Shown: positions 27,987-38,595, numbered from the stretch's first letter. The stretch: DNA of 64,000 bases from Euryarchaeota archaeon UBA130 (GCA_002505775.1 DAVY01000006.1:9318-73317); one strand, 5' to 3'. Numbers and translations are program-made. Notes: generated from the sequence alone by a model not told the origin.

Positions 27987-28871
27987 ATGGCAAAGGGAGC
28001 AAAGGCAAGAGCAGCGGCACGCAGGCAGAGAGACAAGTGGAAGTCCAAGAGATGGTATTCCATCAGGGCGCCCAGAAATCCATGGTCATTCAGAATAATT
28101 GGAGAGACCCTGGCTGAAGAGCCAGAAATGCTAGTTGGCAGAAATTATGAAATCATGCAGAACGAGCTTGATGGGGACTTTTCAAAGATGCACGTCAAGA
28201 TTAGATTCAGGGTAACTGAGGTACTTGGGAATGACGCTATTACCGAGTTCATCGGGCATCAGATGATGCAAGACCATGTCAGAAGGCAGGTAAGAAGAGA
28301 CAGAGGAAAAATCGACGATACCATCGATGTAGTTACCGAAGATGGTTTCTATGTCAGATTCAAACCCCTACTCCTCACAGTAGGAAGGGTGAAATCAAGC
28401 CAGAAAAACCAAATCAGGACAATCGCGAGGGAATCGATCTTGAAAGCGGGAGCATCGTCGACATGGGTCGCAATGCAAAAATCGGTTATGGATGGAGAAC
28501 TCGAGGCAAAAATAAAAGAAGAGGCTTCCCAAATTAGTCCAATTAGGATGGTAATGATAAGGAGGACACAACTTATCCAATCAGGAGTCACAATAAACGA
28601 TGGGCCCACTCTAGAACAAATAAAGGCCGAGGAAGAGGCACAGAAGGCTTCCATCAATGAAGAAATTGAAGAGTCCGAAATCGCAGAAAACGCGGTCGAT
28701 GAGGACGAGGCGAACCCAGATGCAGAAGAAACTGTTGAAACCTCAGCTGATGGGGGAGAAACTCCTGACTACGAAGGTATGACTGTCCCCGAGTTGAAGG
28801 CGATCCTGAAAGAATCAGGCAAGCCAGTATCTGGCAAGAAAGCTGACCTTATTTCCAGAATTTTGGAGTGA
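27987..28871 (+). CDS. rps3ae: Ribosomal protein eS1 (S3Ae) fused to an acidic linker and a C-terminal SAP domain
   Basis: N-terminal 210 aa match S3Ae (KWKSKRWYSIRAP…FRVTEV…). Then an acidic stretch EEEAQKASINEEIEESEIAENAVDEDEANPDAEE and C-terminal MTVPELKAILKESGKPVSGKKADLISRIL (SAP consensus LxxLxVxELRxxLxxRGLxxxGxKxxLIxRL). Confidence 0.85.
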   Translation: MAKGAKARAAARRQRDKWKSKRWYSIRAPRNPWSFRIIGETLAEEPEMLVGRNYEIMQNELDGDFSKMHVKIRFRVTEVLGNDAITEFIGHQMMQDHVRRQVRRDRGKIDDTIDVVTEDGFYVRFKPLLLTVGRVKSSQKNQIRTIARESILKAGASSTWVAMQKSVMDGELEAKIKEEASQISPIRMVMIRRTQLIQSGVTINDGPTLEQIKAEEEAQKASINEEIEESEIAENAVDEDEANPDAEETVETSADGGETPDYEGMTVPELKAILKESGKPVSGKKADLISRILE

Positions 28872-28875
28872 TAAA

Positions 28876-29649
28876 ATGTCCCGCATCGCGGTGATTTGTG
28901 GCACAGGGATGAGTGATCTATCCAACGAATTCAACGTAACTAAGACTAATTCCACTCTCAGGATAGAAACTAACTGGGGAGAAGTCCCAGTCACACTATC
29001 ACAAATAGAAGAAGGGGTAATCGCCGTATTGGACAGACATCATTCTCCTGGATCCTCTAGAACTCCTCCTCATAGGATTGAGCATAGAGCCAATGTCATG
29101 GCCGTGAAAAGCCTCGATCCAGATATCATTGTTAGTGTAAATTCTGTAGGTACCATGAGGAAAGACATGCCTCCTGGGACTGTGGGAGTGACCTCGGATG
29201 TCCTAGATTTATCTATTAGGCCATGGACTTTCTACGACGAGGATGCAGTCCATCATGATAGGACTTCTATATTTGATGACTCATGTTCCAAAATCTGCGT
29301 TGAGTCGCTGATAGAGTCTCAGGGGTTTTCCCCAAGCGGGGTAACCGTGGCACAATGTGTAGGGCCACAATTTGAATCTCCATCTGAAATTATAGCCTTG
29401 GAAAAACTTGGTGCTGACACAGTTGGAATGACCCTGGGTCCAGAGAGTAGACTGATTTCGGAAATTGGGATACCATATATTGCCCTTGCATGCTCCTCGA
29501 ATTGGGCCGCTGGAAAGGACCCCAGAGACCCAAAATCACCCATTGACCATCATTCAGTGGACAAACTCGCCTCGTCAATGAGAGCCCGAATCTCATCATG
29601 TGTGATAGCTCTTCTAAATGAATATCAAGACAACCAATCTCAAAGTTGA
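28876..29649 (+). CDS. 5'-methylthioadenosine / purine nucleoside phosphorylase (PNP/MTAP family)
   Basis: 257 aa. IAVICGTGMSDL, RHHSPGSSRTPPHRIEHRANVMAVKSLDPDIIVSVNSVG matches the MTAP GRHG…P..VNYRANIWALK block. Confidence 0.7.
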   Translation: MSRIAVICGTGMSDLSNEFNVTKTNSTLRIETNWGEVPVTLSQIEEGVIAVLDRHHSPGSSRTPPHRIEHRANVMAVKSLDPDIIVSVNSVGTMRKDMPPGTVGVTSDVLDLSIRPWTFYDEDAVHHDRTSIFDDSCSKICVESLIESQGFSPSGVTVAQCVGPQFESPSEIIALEKLGADTVGMTLGPESRLISEIGIPYIALACSSNWAAGKDPRDPKSPIDHHSVDKLASSMRARISSCVIALLNEYQDNQSQS

Positions 29650-29674
29650 TTTGTTTCCTACAGTTAGAACATTT

Positions 29675-30061
29675 ATGGAAAGAAAGACAAGTGTCAAAGA
29701 TTGGGCCTCAACGGATGCAAATTCACTTCCTGATGGCTCTTGGGAAACCATGATGAAAAGAGTAGCAAACTTCCATGAAAAACACTCATTCAGTAACGCT
29801 GAAAATAATGGTCATGACATGGGTTATAGAATAGCATTAACTGTAGAGGAGCTAGGGGAGCTGTCTGCTGCAATAACAAAGGGAAAACCAAAGTCTGAGG
29901 CATCCGAAGAACTGGCAGATTTACTCATCCTAATCCTCGGCCATTCCTTGGCTATGGATGTCGATTTGGAATCTGAGTTCCACAAAAAAATGGATAAAAT
30001 AATGAAAAGGGAATCAAAAAGGGGAGGCCTGGGAATTAGGGTTACTGAATATAGAGATTAA
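29675..30061 (+). CDS. MazG-like nucleotide pyrophosphohydrolase (all-α NTP-PPase)
   Basis: LTVEELGELSAAI…EELADLLILILG metal-binding EExxE/D motifs. Start trimmed from 29618 to avoid overlap with the upstream gene. Confidence 0.55.
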   Translation: MERKTSVKDWASTDANSLPDGSWETMMKRVANFHEKHSFSNAENNGHDMGYRIALTVEELGELSAAITKGKPKSEASEELADLLILILGHSLAMDVDLESEFHKKMDKIMKRESKRGGLGIRVTEYRD

Positions 30062-31107
30062 GACTCTACGAGCTTCTCTAGCTGGGGAGTACTAAGATAA
30101 ATATCATACTCATCTTGCAAATCATAAGCCGCCATGTTGATTGAATTCCTTACCTTTAGTAGCTGGTATGGCTTATCAAGGACATAAGTTATCCTCCAAA
30201 TCACTGCATTGTTTGAGTTTTCTCTAATAGTAATTTTAGGTTCTCTAAGGGAGTCGAGCGAAGAGCTAGAAGCGGAGACAGTTTCATATATGGCATTCAG
30301 ATAGCTTTTCACCTGACTACTAGGAATGCCATATCCGATATGGAACTCCACAAAATCTTTGAATGGTCCGCCTTTAGATTTCCTCAAATAATCGGTCCTG
30401 TATTGCAGAAGATTGTAATTTGGAATCTCTATTTCATGCCCCTGCGCTAGATCCCTAATTCTGGTCTGCAGACCCCTAATCTCCAATATGATTCCGAGAA
30501 TGCCCGCTTCAGGAATCGAGACCACATCCCCTCTCTTTGCACTGTTTCCGCCTATCACCAATATTCCGCTCAGGAAGTCCCTCAGCCAGTAATCCTTAGT
30601 GGTAAATACTATCAATGCTAGGAAGCCAATGACCCCCGTAGTCTCAAGTAGCCCGGTGATATCCCATACGTTGATTAATCCAATAATCACGGTCATTACA
30701 ATAACCGAAAACGCAACTAATTCCAAGGTTCTGGAGGTTGGAGTCTCTACCTTTCTAGATACTCCCATCACCTCTATATCCTCGCCGTACTTAGATAGAA
30801 GTAATGCCTCTATGGCATTGAAAATCAGATAAGAAGCGAGAAGAGTAAGTGAAGTTCTGCTGACCTCATCTGCAGGGAATTCTTCATCAACTAAAACCAG
30901 GGATGCTATGAATGATATGAAGACAAGAAGATTGAACCAATGGAGTATCCTAGTTCTAGACTTAATGGTATCCTCATCTATGTCTCTGTGGTGAGAAACA
31001 ATGCTATTCGAAAACAAATAAACAAAGATGTTGAATGCGAATGTAAAATATTCTATCCCGGAAAGATCTGCTAACCTTTGAGTGAGGACGTCTATAATTT
31101 CGCTCAT
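30058..31107 (-). CDS. Mechanosensitive ion channel, MscS family
   Basis: 349 aa. N-terminal TM helices, conserved pore helix/β-domain …GGNSAKRGDVVSIPEAGILGIILEIRGLQTRIRD…. Confidence 0.75.
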   Translation of the reverse strand: MSEIIDVLTQRLADLSGIEYFTFAFNIFVYLFSNSIVSHHRDIDEDTIKSRTRILHWFNLLVFISFIASLVLVDEEFPADEVSRTSLTLLASYLIFNAIEALLLSKYGEDIEVMGVSRKVETPTSRTLELVAFSVIVMTVIIGLINVWDITGLLETTGVIGFLALIVFTTKDYWLRDFLSGILVIGGNSAKRGDVVSIPEAGILGIILEIRGLQTRIRDLAQGHEIEIPNYNLLQYRTDYLRKSKGGPFKDFVEFHIGYGIPSSQVKSYLNAIYETVSASSSSLDSLREPKITIRENSNNAVIWRITYVLDKPYQLLKVRNSINMAAYDLQDEYDIYLSTPQLEKLVES

Positions 31108-31144
31108 ACCCTAGCCATTTAGTGGCAACGAATTAACGTATTCC

Positions 31145-31606
31145 CTATTTTTCAATTCTAAAGCGCCCCTTTATGGACTCAATGGATAATCCAGAAATCC
31201 ACAAGCTAAGGGCAATTCCTCCAATCTGTAGTAATAGTCTGACAATATGTCCGAAAGGAGAAAGTGACTCTCCACCCCCCAACTCCACATCATAAATCCA
31301 CATGTACAGATTGGCCGGGTACAGAAGGATAAGAAGTACCGCACTTGAGAAGCCAGCTCTTTCCCTGTAGTATGTTCCGTGATCAACAATAATCTCAAAC
31401 CCAGCGGTAACCAAGGCGACTCCGACCATTATTTCAGCCACACCACTGATTAGAACCCATAACTTAGCATATCCAAATATTGGAGGCACTATGGGCTCAA
31501 ACCATTCCGTATCTGTAAAGTGTAATACGCCTACATAGAAGAAGAAACAACCCCCAACTAAAGAAGAAACTCCTTTAGCGAAATTTGCTATAAAATAAGG
31601 ATCCAT
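31145..31606 (-). CDS. Small integral membrane protein (DoxX-like?)
   Basis: 153 aa, four predicted TM helices. Confidence 0.4.
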   Translation of the reverse strand: MDPYFIANFAKGVSSLVGGCFFFYVGVLHFTDTEWFEPIVPPIFGYAKLWVLISGVAEIMVGVALVTAGFEIIVDHGTYYRERAGFSSAVLLILLYPANLYMWIYDVELGGGESLSPFGHIVRLLLQIGGIALSLWISGLSIESIKGRFRIEK

Positions 31607-32131
31607 CTATTTTCGCTTCCATATTGAATATGTTGTACGAAACTCGTTGTTTTCATCTATTTCTGTTTCTTCCTTCTTGGTTTCGATCCAATTTTTCCTT
31701 TCCCAAACCGGGAAAACAACCTCTCCACTGTTTGATGTATGTACAGTCGTTAGATGAATTTCATCGACATGCTCTAGGAACATTTCGTAAATTTGCCCTC
31801 CCCCTATTATCCAACATTCCTCGCAACCATCGGCATATGCAATTTCTATCGCCCTTCCAGGGTACAACGCATTTTCTGCATCATCATGGCTCCAGGCTGT
31901 ATCTCTTGACATTACAATGTTCAGCCTGTCGGGCAAGGGCCTGAAGGAATCGGGCAGGGAATCCCAGGTCTTCCTTCCCATCACAACAGCATTGAAACCA
32001 TCCCCTTCCGTAAGTCTCCTGAACCTTGACAAGTCACTGGAAATCCTCCAAGGTAGATTTCCACGCTTCCCTATACATCCGTCTTCATCCATTGCTACAA
32101 TCATAGAAATCTTCATTTTACCATCTCTCAT
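31607..32131 (-). CDS. folA: Dihydrofolate reductase
   Basis: 174 aa. [21 protein letters not shown]…[11 protein letters not shown]…IIGGGQIYE. Overlaps the thyA stop (operon). Confidence 0.85.
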   Translation of the reverse strand: MRDGKMKISMIVAMDEDGCIGKRGNLPWRISSDLSRFRRLTEGDGFNAVVMGRKTWDSLPDSFRPLPDRLNIVMSRDTAWSHDDAENALYPGRAIEIAYADGCEECWIIGGGQIYEMFLEHVDEIHLTTVHTSNSGEVVFPVWERKNWIETKKEETEIDENNEFRTTYSIWKRK

Positions 32132-32922
32132 ACTGATATTGGGGCCGGTATATGTGGGTGATGTCGGTAATTTTCAATCTTTATACATGAATAATCGAAA
32201 TCATCGATAGAAGTTACGCCATCCTTTAGCTTCAGGGTGGGCAAAGGTAGTGGCTCCCTAGTAATCTGCTCCTTCGCTTGCTCAATATGATTGTTGTAAA
32301 GGTGGCAATCTCCCCCTGTCCAAATGAATTCCCCTGGTTCTAAACCACAAACTTGAGCCATCATGCATGTCAGGAGGCTGTAGGAGGATATATTGAAGGG
32401 GACCCCTAAGAAAGCATCCGCACTCCTCTGATATAATTGGCATGATAATTTTCCATCGTTGACGTAGAATTGGAAGAAAGCATGGCATGGCATAAGGGCC
32501 ATCTCATCCAACTCCCCCACGTTCCATGCAGAGACAATAATCCTCCTACTTTCGGGGTCTCTCTTTATCATCTCCACTGCTTTGCTAATCTGGTCAATGA
32601 CTTTACCATCTTGCGATTCCCATTTCCTCCACTGTTTGCCGTAAACAGGACCAAGATTGCCATTCTCATCAGCCCACTCATTCCAGATTCTTACCCCGTT
32701 CTCTTGTAAGTATCCAACATTAGTCTCGCCCGATAAGAACCATAACAACTCATGTACCACACTTGGCCAGTGTATTCTTTTTGTTGTCACTGCTGGAAGT
32801 CCCATTGACAAGTCGAACCTCATCTGATGACCAAAAATTGAAATTGTTCCAGTGCCGGTACGATCACCCTTCGAAATTCCTTCATCCAAGATACGGCGTA
32901 GGAAGTCGAGGTATTGCTCCAT
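32128..32922 (-). CDS. thyA: Thymidylate synthase (ThyA, bacterial/eukaryotic type)
   Basis: 264 aa; near-colinear and highly similar to E. coli ThyA (DRTGTGT.SIFG.QMRF…[38 protein letters not shown]). Confidence 0.95.
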   Translation of the reverse strand: MEQYLDFLRRILDEGISKGDRTGTGTISIFGHQMRFDLSMGLPAVTTKRIHWPSVVHELLWFLSGETNVGYLQENGVRIWNEWADENGNLGPVYGKQWRKWESQDGKVIDQISKAVEMIKRDPESRRIIVSAWNVGELDEMALMPCHAFFQFYVNDGKLSCQLYQRSADAFLGVPFNISSYSLLTCMMAQVCGLEPGEFIWTGGDCHLYNNHIEQAKEQITREPLPLPTLKLKDGVTSIDDFDYSCIKIENYRHHPHIPAPISV

Positions 32923-32962
32923 GGGTCTCCGTAAAAATGACAGTCCTTCAAGGATGCGGAAA

Positions 32963-33739
32963 TTATGGAGCTCCCATCGATTCTATAGTCGACATCAGCT
33001 GATCCGTGAAATCACGATAAAGTACCTTCATTATAGAGCTCTTACCATGTTCATCAATTTCGATTAGGTTTCCTAACTGAGAGCTTGTGAAATTTCCCCC
33101 GTCTTCAGAACCTAGCCACTCACCAAATGTCACAGGCTCACCGATATTTACCTCCACCTTCTTCCAAAATCGAACAAAATTGGCTCCTGGAGGCATTACT
33201 TCTCTTGAACCTATGATTGAAATCGGGAAAACTGGAATATCTGGAAAACTGGCTGCAATTCTAGCAACTCCGGTTTTTCCACGTTGTAAAAATGGGGGAC
33301 TGTCATTCCTAGATCTGGTCCCTTCTGGGAATATACCTAGCGCGTTTTCACTCATCAAAACATCATGGGCTTTAGAAAGCGCATCTTTGGCACCCTCAGA
33401 TCGAAGCGTCTCAATCATTCCATTACTTTTCATAATAAATCTGTTAGGCTGTTTTTGAAAGTGCCCCTCCTTGGCGAGATAGAATACCTGCCTTCTGGCA
33501 GCAAGAATTTTGAAAATCGGGTCTAGGTTTGAAACATGATTGGAAGTAAGAATCATCGGCCCTTTACTAGGAAGTCGCTCAAGCCCAGTGTAACTAATAT
33601 TGAATGTGAATCTAACAATGGGGCTCAGGTATCTTACTAGGAATCTGTACATAAGGGGGACGGAAAAATCTTCCTCCGTACCTCCTATATCTGAAATCTT
33701 GGAGAAATTAATGATATCTTCCGGGCTGAGTTCAGGCAC
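32963..33739 (-). CDS. 1-acyl-sn-glycerol-3-phosphate acyltransferase (PlsC family)
   Basis: 258 aa. HxxxxD motif (NHVSNLD) and FPEGTRS motif. Bacterial-type ester-lipid enzyme. Confidence 0.7.
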   Translation of the reverse strand: MPELSPEDIINFSKISDIGGTEEDFSVPLMYRFLVRYLSPIVRFTFNISYTGLERLPSKGPMILTSNHVSNLDPIFKILAARRQVFYLAKEGHFQKQPNRFIMKSNGMIETLRSEGAKDALSKAHDVLMSENALGIFPEGTRSRNDSPPFLQRGKTGVARIAASFPDIPVFPISIIGSREVMPPGANFVRFWKKVEVNIGEPVTFGEWLGSEDGGNFTSSQLGNLIEIDEHGKSSIMKVLYRDFTDQLMSTIESMGAP

Positions 33740-33834
33740 ACTCTTCCCAAGACGAACCCGGTTTCACTGTTTGGTATTCAATGACAAGTATTCTAGACAT
33801 TTGTCCCCTCCGGCTTACTGTGCAATTGCGTAAG

Positions 33835-34920
33835 ATGGCGGGAAGCTCCCTAGTTTTATTGATAGTATTGCCCTTCCTAGCTTCTCCTGTAGTGGGGGAG
33901 TGGAGCGAGGATACATGGCTTGCGAATATAATCGGGCCAGAGAGGTTAGAAAACGGAGATGAGTTTGGATGTCATGGGTACGAGGGTATTTCAATCTCCG
34001 AGAATTATTGGGTGATCGAGGGATGCAAAGAGTACCTGATGGACAGTACGAATGCATCTAGATGGGGAAAAACACCGATTTCGTTCGGGATTCCTGGTCC
34101 GACAATTGATCAGCTTACAGCGTCACAACTCATCTCTTCTGGATTCATGATTGTTGGAGACGTGTTAGATGGAGCTCCAGAAGGTATGATTTCAGCTCAT
34201 AGGAATGGAGGGAGTCTCGAAAAGGGTGTTGCGGATACGGCTTTATTCGAATCTGTAGATGAAGACTCATTGCTGAGTATATATTGGAGGGCCAGAATTG
34301 ACGATCTCAGGGTTAGAGAAGATAAAGATGCGATATCATGGCTAGAAAAGCAGGACCTTTGGTACACAACTTGGGGCGAGTGGAATATGCACAAATCCTC
34401 TTCAAAAAATACCTCTCTTTCGATTATTGGCTCAGAGATACACTCACTTTCAGAATATAGTGATGGTGCATGGTCTGTTCCTGGTACGTCGTTAATCCAA
34501 TTTGATACTGATGTCTCCGGCGTGTTTGACTCTAATGGCAACCCATATCCTGTGATTCCTGTCGAATCGAAGAAGTTACAGATCGGATGGAGGAATGTGT
34601 CAGGGGGAATATTGCTGACTCAACATCCTGGAACGAACATAATTGTCCAACTAAGTGAAGCCCCAGAATCAGCCTCAATAGAGCAAGCTATCACATTCAA
34701 TGGACATAGGAATGCTGTGACCATAGTGGGTCACCATACAACGAATCTCTTCCATTGGTCATCTGATTTTCAGGAGTCCCCACTAACCTTTACTTGGTTG
34801 ATTGAGAGGCCGTCCGAGGAGGAAATAGACTGGACTCTTCCAGTAATTGCAATAGCCACTCTAATCGCCGTACCTATTGCCGTAAATAGAGTGGTAAAAT
34901 CAGATAGAATGGATAATTGA
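33835..34920 (+). CDS. Secreted protein with C-terminal membrane anchor (hypothetical)
   Basis: Signal peptide MAGSSLVLLIVLPFLASPVVG (start trimmed from 33781), ~330-aa extracellular region, C-terminal TM LPVIAIATLIAVPIAV + basic tail. Confidence 0.4.
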   Translation: MAGSSLVLLIVLPFLASPVVGEWSEDTWLANIIGPERLENGDEFGCHGYEGISISENYWVIEGCKEYLMDSTNASRWGKTPISFGIPGPTIDQLTASQLISSGFMIVGDVLDGAPEGMISAHRNGGSLEKGVADTALFESVDEDSLLSIYWRARIDDLRVREDKDAISWLEKQDLWYTTWGEWNMHKSSSKNTSLSIIGSEIHSLSEYSDGAWSVPGTSLIQFDTDVSGVFDSNGNPYPVIPVESKKLQIGWRNVSGGILLTQHPGTNIIVQLSEAPESASIEQAITFNGHRNAVTIVGHHTTNLFHWSSDFQESPLTFTWLIERPSEEEIDWTLPVIAIATLIAVPIAVNRVVKSDRMDN

Positions 34921-35970
34921 TTATGCTATTTCAGGTCCTGAAATTTCAACCCCATTTACTCTCATCAACTCTATTACTGATATCAAAACTTCTCTAGGGA
35001 GACTTTCAGGAGGGTGAACGCCACAAGGTAGCATGTTAGGATCTTTTAGCCACGAAATTATACACCCTAATGTTACCAATCCTGTAGTTCGTGCCATCGA
35101 AGAGTCCCCTCCAGATCCATGATCAATAACCACCCACCTCATTGCTCTATTCTCAGCGTCGTATGCTACAACTTCCATCCATGTGAACTCTGGTCTTTTT
35201 GGATCAAAGCACCATTCCTCCAACAGTTTTCGCTCGTCTAATTCCCCACTATTTCTCTCATCTATAAATTTCTGAATATGTCCCGGCCATCTAACGGTGT
35301 ATTCAGACATCTCTTCAGCTGGAATATTAGTCAAAACTGATCTAAGGCCATCAGTCAAGAATGCCTCCATAGTACCCTTCCCTCTAACATCGAAAAAATG
35401 CCTCTCCGAGAGAGCTGGAATTGTAACTATTCCAGAATTCCTAACAACCCTGGCTGGCCGAGTGTATTCTGCGATAACGTCATTTGGAGAGAATGGTGCC
35501 ATATATTTCCAAGCCCCATCGGGTTTTGTTGGATTCCCACCAACTCTAATTTCCGCTTTAGACATATATCCCATAACCCTGTAGGCCTCGGATAGTAGCA
35601 TATTTGACAACCCCGGGGCTATACCTACATCCCAAAGAATTCTTGAACCATTATTTTGTAATTCTATGCTACCATTATCTGGGGTAATCTCACTGAAGCT
35701 CAGGTCTACTATGGGCCATTCGCCACTAGATAGCTTTCTTGTAAGGTCGTATCCAATATTCCCCGGGAGCATGTTAACAACCAAATCAACATTATCGAAT
35801 GCAGACAACTCCACATCCATTGCATTGACCTTGACCATGGTAATGTTGGGATGGTCAAAAGAAATATTCGGGTCAAGATCGTAAACCTGTACTTTATACC
35901 CCTCCTCCGCTAATTTCCTCGCTACATAAGACCCTACAAGTCCAGCGCCAAAGCAATGGACAGTCTTCAT
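34921..35970 (-). CDS. Saccharopine dehydrogenase-family NAD(P)-binding oxidoreductase
   Basis: Rossmann motif MKTVHCFGAGLVGSYVARKL…VYDLD at the trimmed start (35970), C-terminal saccharopine-DH-like domain. Confidence 0.55.
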   Translation of the reverse strand: MKTVHCFGAGLVGSYVARKLAEEGYKVQVYDLDPNISFDHPNITMVKVNAMDVELSAFDNVDLVVNMLPGNIGYDLTRKLSSGEWPIVDLSFSEITPDNGSIELQNNGSRILWDVGIAPGLSNMLLSEAYRVMGYMSKAEIRVGGNPTKPDGAWKYMAPFSPNDVIAEYTRPARVVRNSGIVTIPALSERHFFDVRGKGTMEAFLTDGLRSVLTNIPAEEMSEYTVRWPGHIQKFIDERNSGELDERKLLEEWCFDPKRPEFTWMEVVAYDAENRAMRWVVIDHGSGGDSSMARTTGLVTLGCIISWLKDPNMLPCGVHPPESLPREVLISVIELMRVNGVEISGPEIA

Positions 35971-36068
35971 GCCCCTTCGTAGTTGATGCCCTCTATTGCA
36001 CCTTCGGTTAGATATATCGAGACATATTCCTGCGATGACTTGATTGAGTGGTCCATATTCCAAGGCCC

Positions 36069-37451
36069 ATGGACGGTGACGGTGCCATTGATCCATGGTC
36101 CTCAGAGGGAGACACTAATTACTCTCGAATAGTCAATAAATTCGGACTACAGAAGGTCGACCCGTCTTTACTCCCAAATCCTGGATTACTGCACAGGAGG
36201 GGCATAGTTTTCGCACACAGGGATCTTGATGTGGCTGTTAGGTGTATCAGAGACGGCTCTCCCCTTGGAGTTCTAACTGGACTGATGCCAAGCGGTGGAA
36301 TGCACTTGGGGCACAGCATGGTGATAGAGCAGGTAAAGTGGTTCCAGCAACAAGGTGCCGACGTTACAGTGGCAGTAGCTGATCTTGAAGCCCTCGCAAC
36401 AAGAGGAATCAGCCTCTCAGACGGACGTAGAACTGCAATTGAAGAATATGTGCTAAATTATGCTGCCCTGGGTCTAGACCCTTCAAACTCAAGCGTGTAC
36501 TTCCAGAGCGCGAGGCCAGATGTCCAGAGATTGGGATTTGAACTGGGAAGAAGAACCAATCTTTCAGAATTCGAAGCTATTTATGGATTTACTGGGAACA
36601 CAAATTTAGCCCATGTACAAGCCCCTATGGTGCAAGTAGGGGATATTGTCCATCCTCAATTAGAAGATTTTGGTGGACTAAGGCCAATTGTAGTCCCTGT
36701 TGGGATAGACCAAGATCCACATCTCAGACTAACAAGGGATATCGTGGCAAAGACACATTGGTTCAATATCAACCCGAGGAAGTCTGGTGGCCTAACCATA
36801 TCCCTCTCCATTCAGGATGACAACTCCAAAATTTTTGGCGTAGAGAACGGGGGGAGGATAAACAGAGAAATCAGAGCAAGTATCTTTCAAAGAGTCATTG
36901 AGATAGTCTCAACACTCGGATTTGCTGACTCTATCCCCAATCCCAAGCATGGGATATTGGAAATACCCGGTGCCACCAATTCAGACAAGTACTCAATTAG
37001 ACTTAGGCTACTAGGACTAGAGAGGGAACTTGGAGGTCTCGGCTTGATGACACCATGTTCCACCTATCACAGATTTGCCCCCGGGATGACAGGGGGCAAG
37101 ATGTCATCTTCAAAACCTGAGTCTACAATCTTCATGAACGATACGATAGACACAATGTCTAAGAAAGTAAAGAGAGCAGTGAGCGGAGGAAAATCAACAG
37201 TCGAGGAGCACAGAAGAATGGGTGGCGATTGTAGTAAGGATGTCCCATTCAAATACTTGGAATTCTTTTTTGAAGAGGATGACACTGCCATTTACGATAT
37301 TAAGAGAGAATACGAAAGCGGTAGGATGCTTGCAGGTGAAATGAAGCAACTCTGCATAGAGAAGGCTAGCGAATGGCTCGAAGAAATTTCTGAAAAAAGG
37401 GAGATGTGGAGAGATCGCATAGGAGAATTTTTAGCCCCAGACTCTAATTAA
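36069..37451 (+). CDS. trpS: Tryptophanyl-tRNA synthetase (archaeal/eukaryotic type)
   Basis: HIGH motif PSGGMHLGH, KMSSS motif. Block KMSSSKPESTIFMNDTIDTMSKKVKRAVSGGKSTVEEHRRMGGDC…FKYLEFFFEEDD is nearly colinear with the eukaryotic TrpRS C-terminal region. Start trimmed to MDGDGAIDPW. Confidence 0.8.
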   Translation: MDGDGAIDPWSSEGDTNYSRIVNKFGLQKVDPSLLPNPGLLHRRGIVFAHRDLDVAVRCIRDGSPLGVLTGLMPSGGMHLGHSMVIEQVKWFQQQGADVTVAVADLEALATRGISLSDGRRTAIEEYVLNYAALGLDPSNSSVYFQSARPDVQRLGFELGRRTNLSEFEAIYGFTGNTNLAHVQAPMVQVGDIVHPQLEDFGGLRPIVVPVGIDQDPHLRLTRDIVAKTHWFNINPRKSGGLTISLSIQDDNSKIFGVENGGRINREIRASIFQRVIEIVSTLGFADSIPNPKHGILEIPGATNSDKYSIRLRLLGLERELGGLGLMTPCSTYHRFAPGMTGGKMSSSKPESTIFMNDTIDTMSKKVKRAVSGGKSTVEEHRRMGGDCSKDVPFKYLEFFFEEDDTAIYDIKREYESGRMLAGEMKQLCIEKASEWLEEISEKREMWRDRIGEFLAPDSN

Positions 37452-38055
37452 CATCTTCACTATTGAGGTCAAAAACTGGGTAAACTGGACCAGGGTCCAG
37501 GTCCTTAGCTTGCTCTTCGGAAATCTCTGTTGATGTCGCATCACCGTGAAGTATCTGACTGTGCCCAATGGGATCTAGCAATTCCAGAGTTACAACCTCT
37601 TGAGCGGTTTTCACAAGTTCTATTCTACCGAGAAGATTATCACATTTCCCCAATATTTCCGTATCCCCTTCACTTTCGGCCTGTCTCCTAATTGTCCCAA
37701 TCGCATCACAGAACCTCTCTAAGACCCCCTCCACATTAGAAATATAACCGGTGGAGCTTGAGCCCGGTGAGACCTCCAATCCCAATTCTGATATCCTGAC
37801 TGTGCATGAGGAAGATCTAACTACTCTGGCATCAAGGTGTGTATTGTCCTCTATTTTTAGTTTCCAAGAGCCCGGCTTTTTCCCTTCGGCAGGAATGAAA
37901 TCTGTAACTCTCCAGCCGCACTTGGAGCAAGACATTGTAATTTGAGTATGCTCCCCAAAATAGGGAATCTCAGATGTATGAGCTAGCATTCTCAGAGAAT
38001 TATCCTGCCCACAGATTGGGCACGAGTGCTCGACCATACTTTCCATAACTACCAC
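37444..38055 (-). CDS. ZPR1-type zinc-finger protein
   Basis: CPICGQ…IPYFGE…CSKCG arrangement typical of the ZPR1 zinc-ribbon + β-domain. Confidence 0.6.
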   Translation of the reverse strand: MVVMESMVEHSCPICGQDNSLRMLAHTSEIPYFGEHTQITMSCSKCGWRVTDFIPAEGKKPGSWKLKIEDNTHLDARVVRSSSCTVRISELGLEVSPGSSSTGYISNVEGVLERFCDAIGTIRRQAESEGDTEILGKCDNLLGRIELVKTAQEVVTLELLDPIGHSQILHGDATSTEISEEQAKDLDPGPVYPVFDLNSEDVN

Positions 38056-38445
38056 TCATCTGCTCGTCGTACTTGAAAAACTCGATGGCAGTAACAAAAG
38101 TCTCTTTTCACCCAGTCTTAGTACCTCCCCGGAGATATCGTCCTCGACAAATCTTTGAATTTTATTCACTGCTACATTCAATTCAAGGTCGTTGTTGATA
38201 ATTTTCCCCATTTTAACTATGACAATATCCCCTTCAGAAACCCAATTCATAATCTCCGATATTCCGGTTAAATCTTGGAGCTCTGCCCTCCGTATTACTG
38301 TGTCACCGACTATTCTTGGTACGGGGGCATCTGGATATGAAGAGCCTAAGTCATGGTAATCTTGACCAGGTCCCAAACTCTCTCTATGAGTGTCAGAATT
38401 ACTCACTTCGATCCACTTTGGACTCTCTCGTTTACCCCTTGCCAC
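38056..38445 (-). CDS. sepF: SepF-like cell-division protein (FtsZ-interacting)
   Basis: 129 aa. C-terminal core ELQDLTGISEIMNWVSEGDIVIVKMGKI…RFVEDDISGEVLRLGEKRLLLLP resembles SepF/DUF552. Confidence 0.5.
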   Translation of the reverse strand: MARGKRESPKWIEVSNSDTHRESLGPGQDYHDLGSSYPDAPVPRIVGDTVIRRAELQDLTGISEIMNWVSEGDIVIVKMGKIINNDLELNVAVNKIQRFVEDDISGEVLRLGEKRLLLLPSSFSSTTSR

Positions 38446-38595
38446 GATACTGCCGCTGTCATTTACCCCTTGATATATCCGGTTATTTGTCGAGTAATTA
38501 AGCTAGATGATTACGATTTTCTCGGACCACACTCCCGTCGGATTCATAAGGGGTTGACCTGAGAAAGGCTCGTCGGACTCACCGGCGGTGATTAG

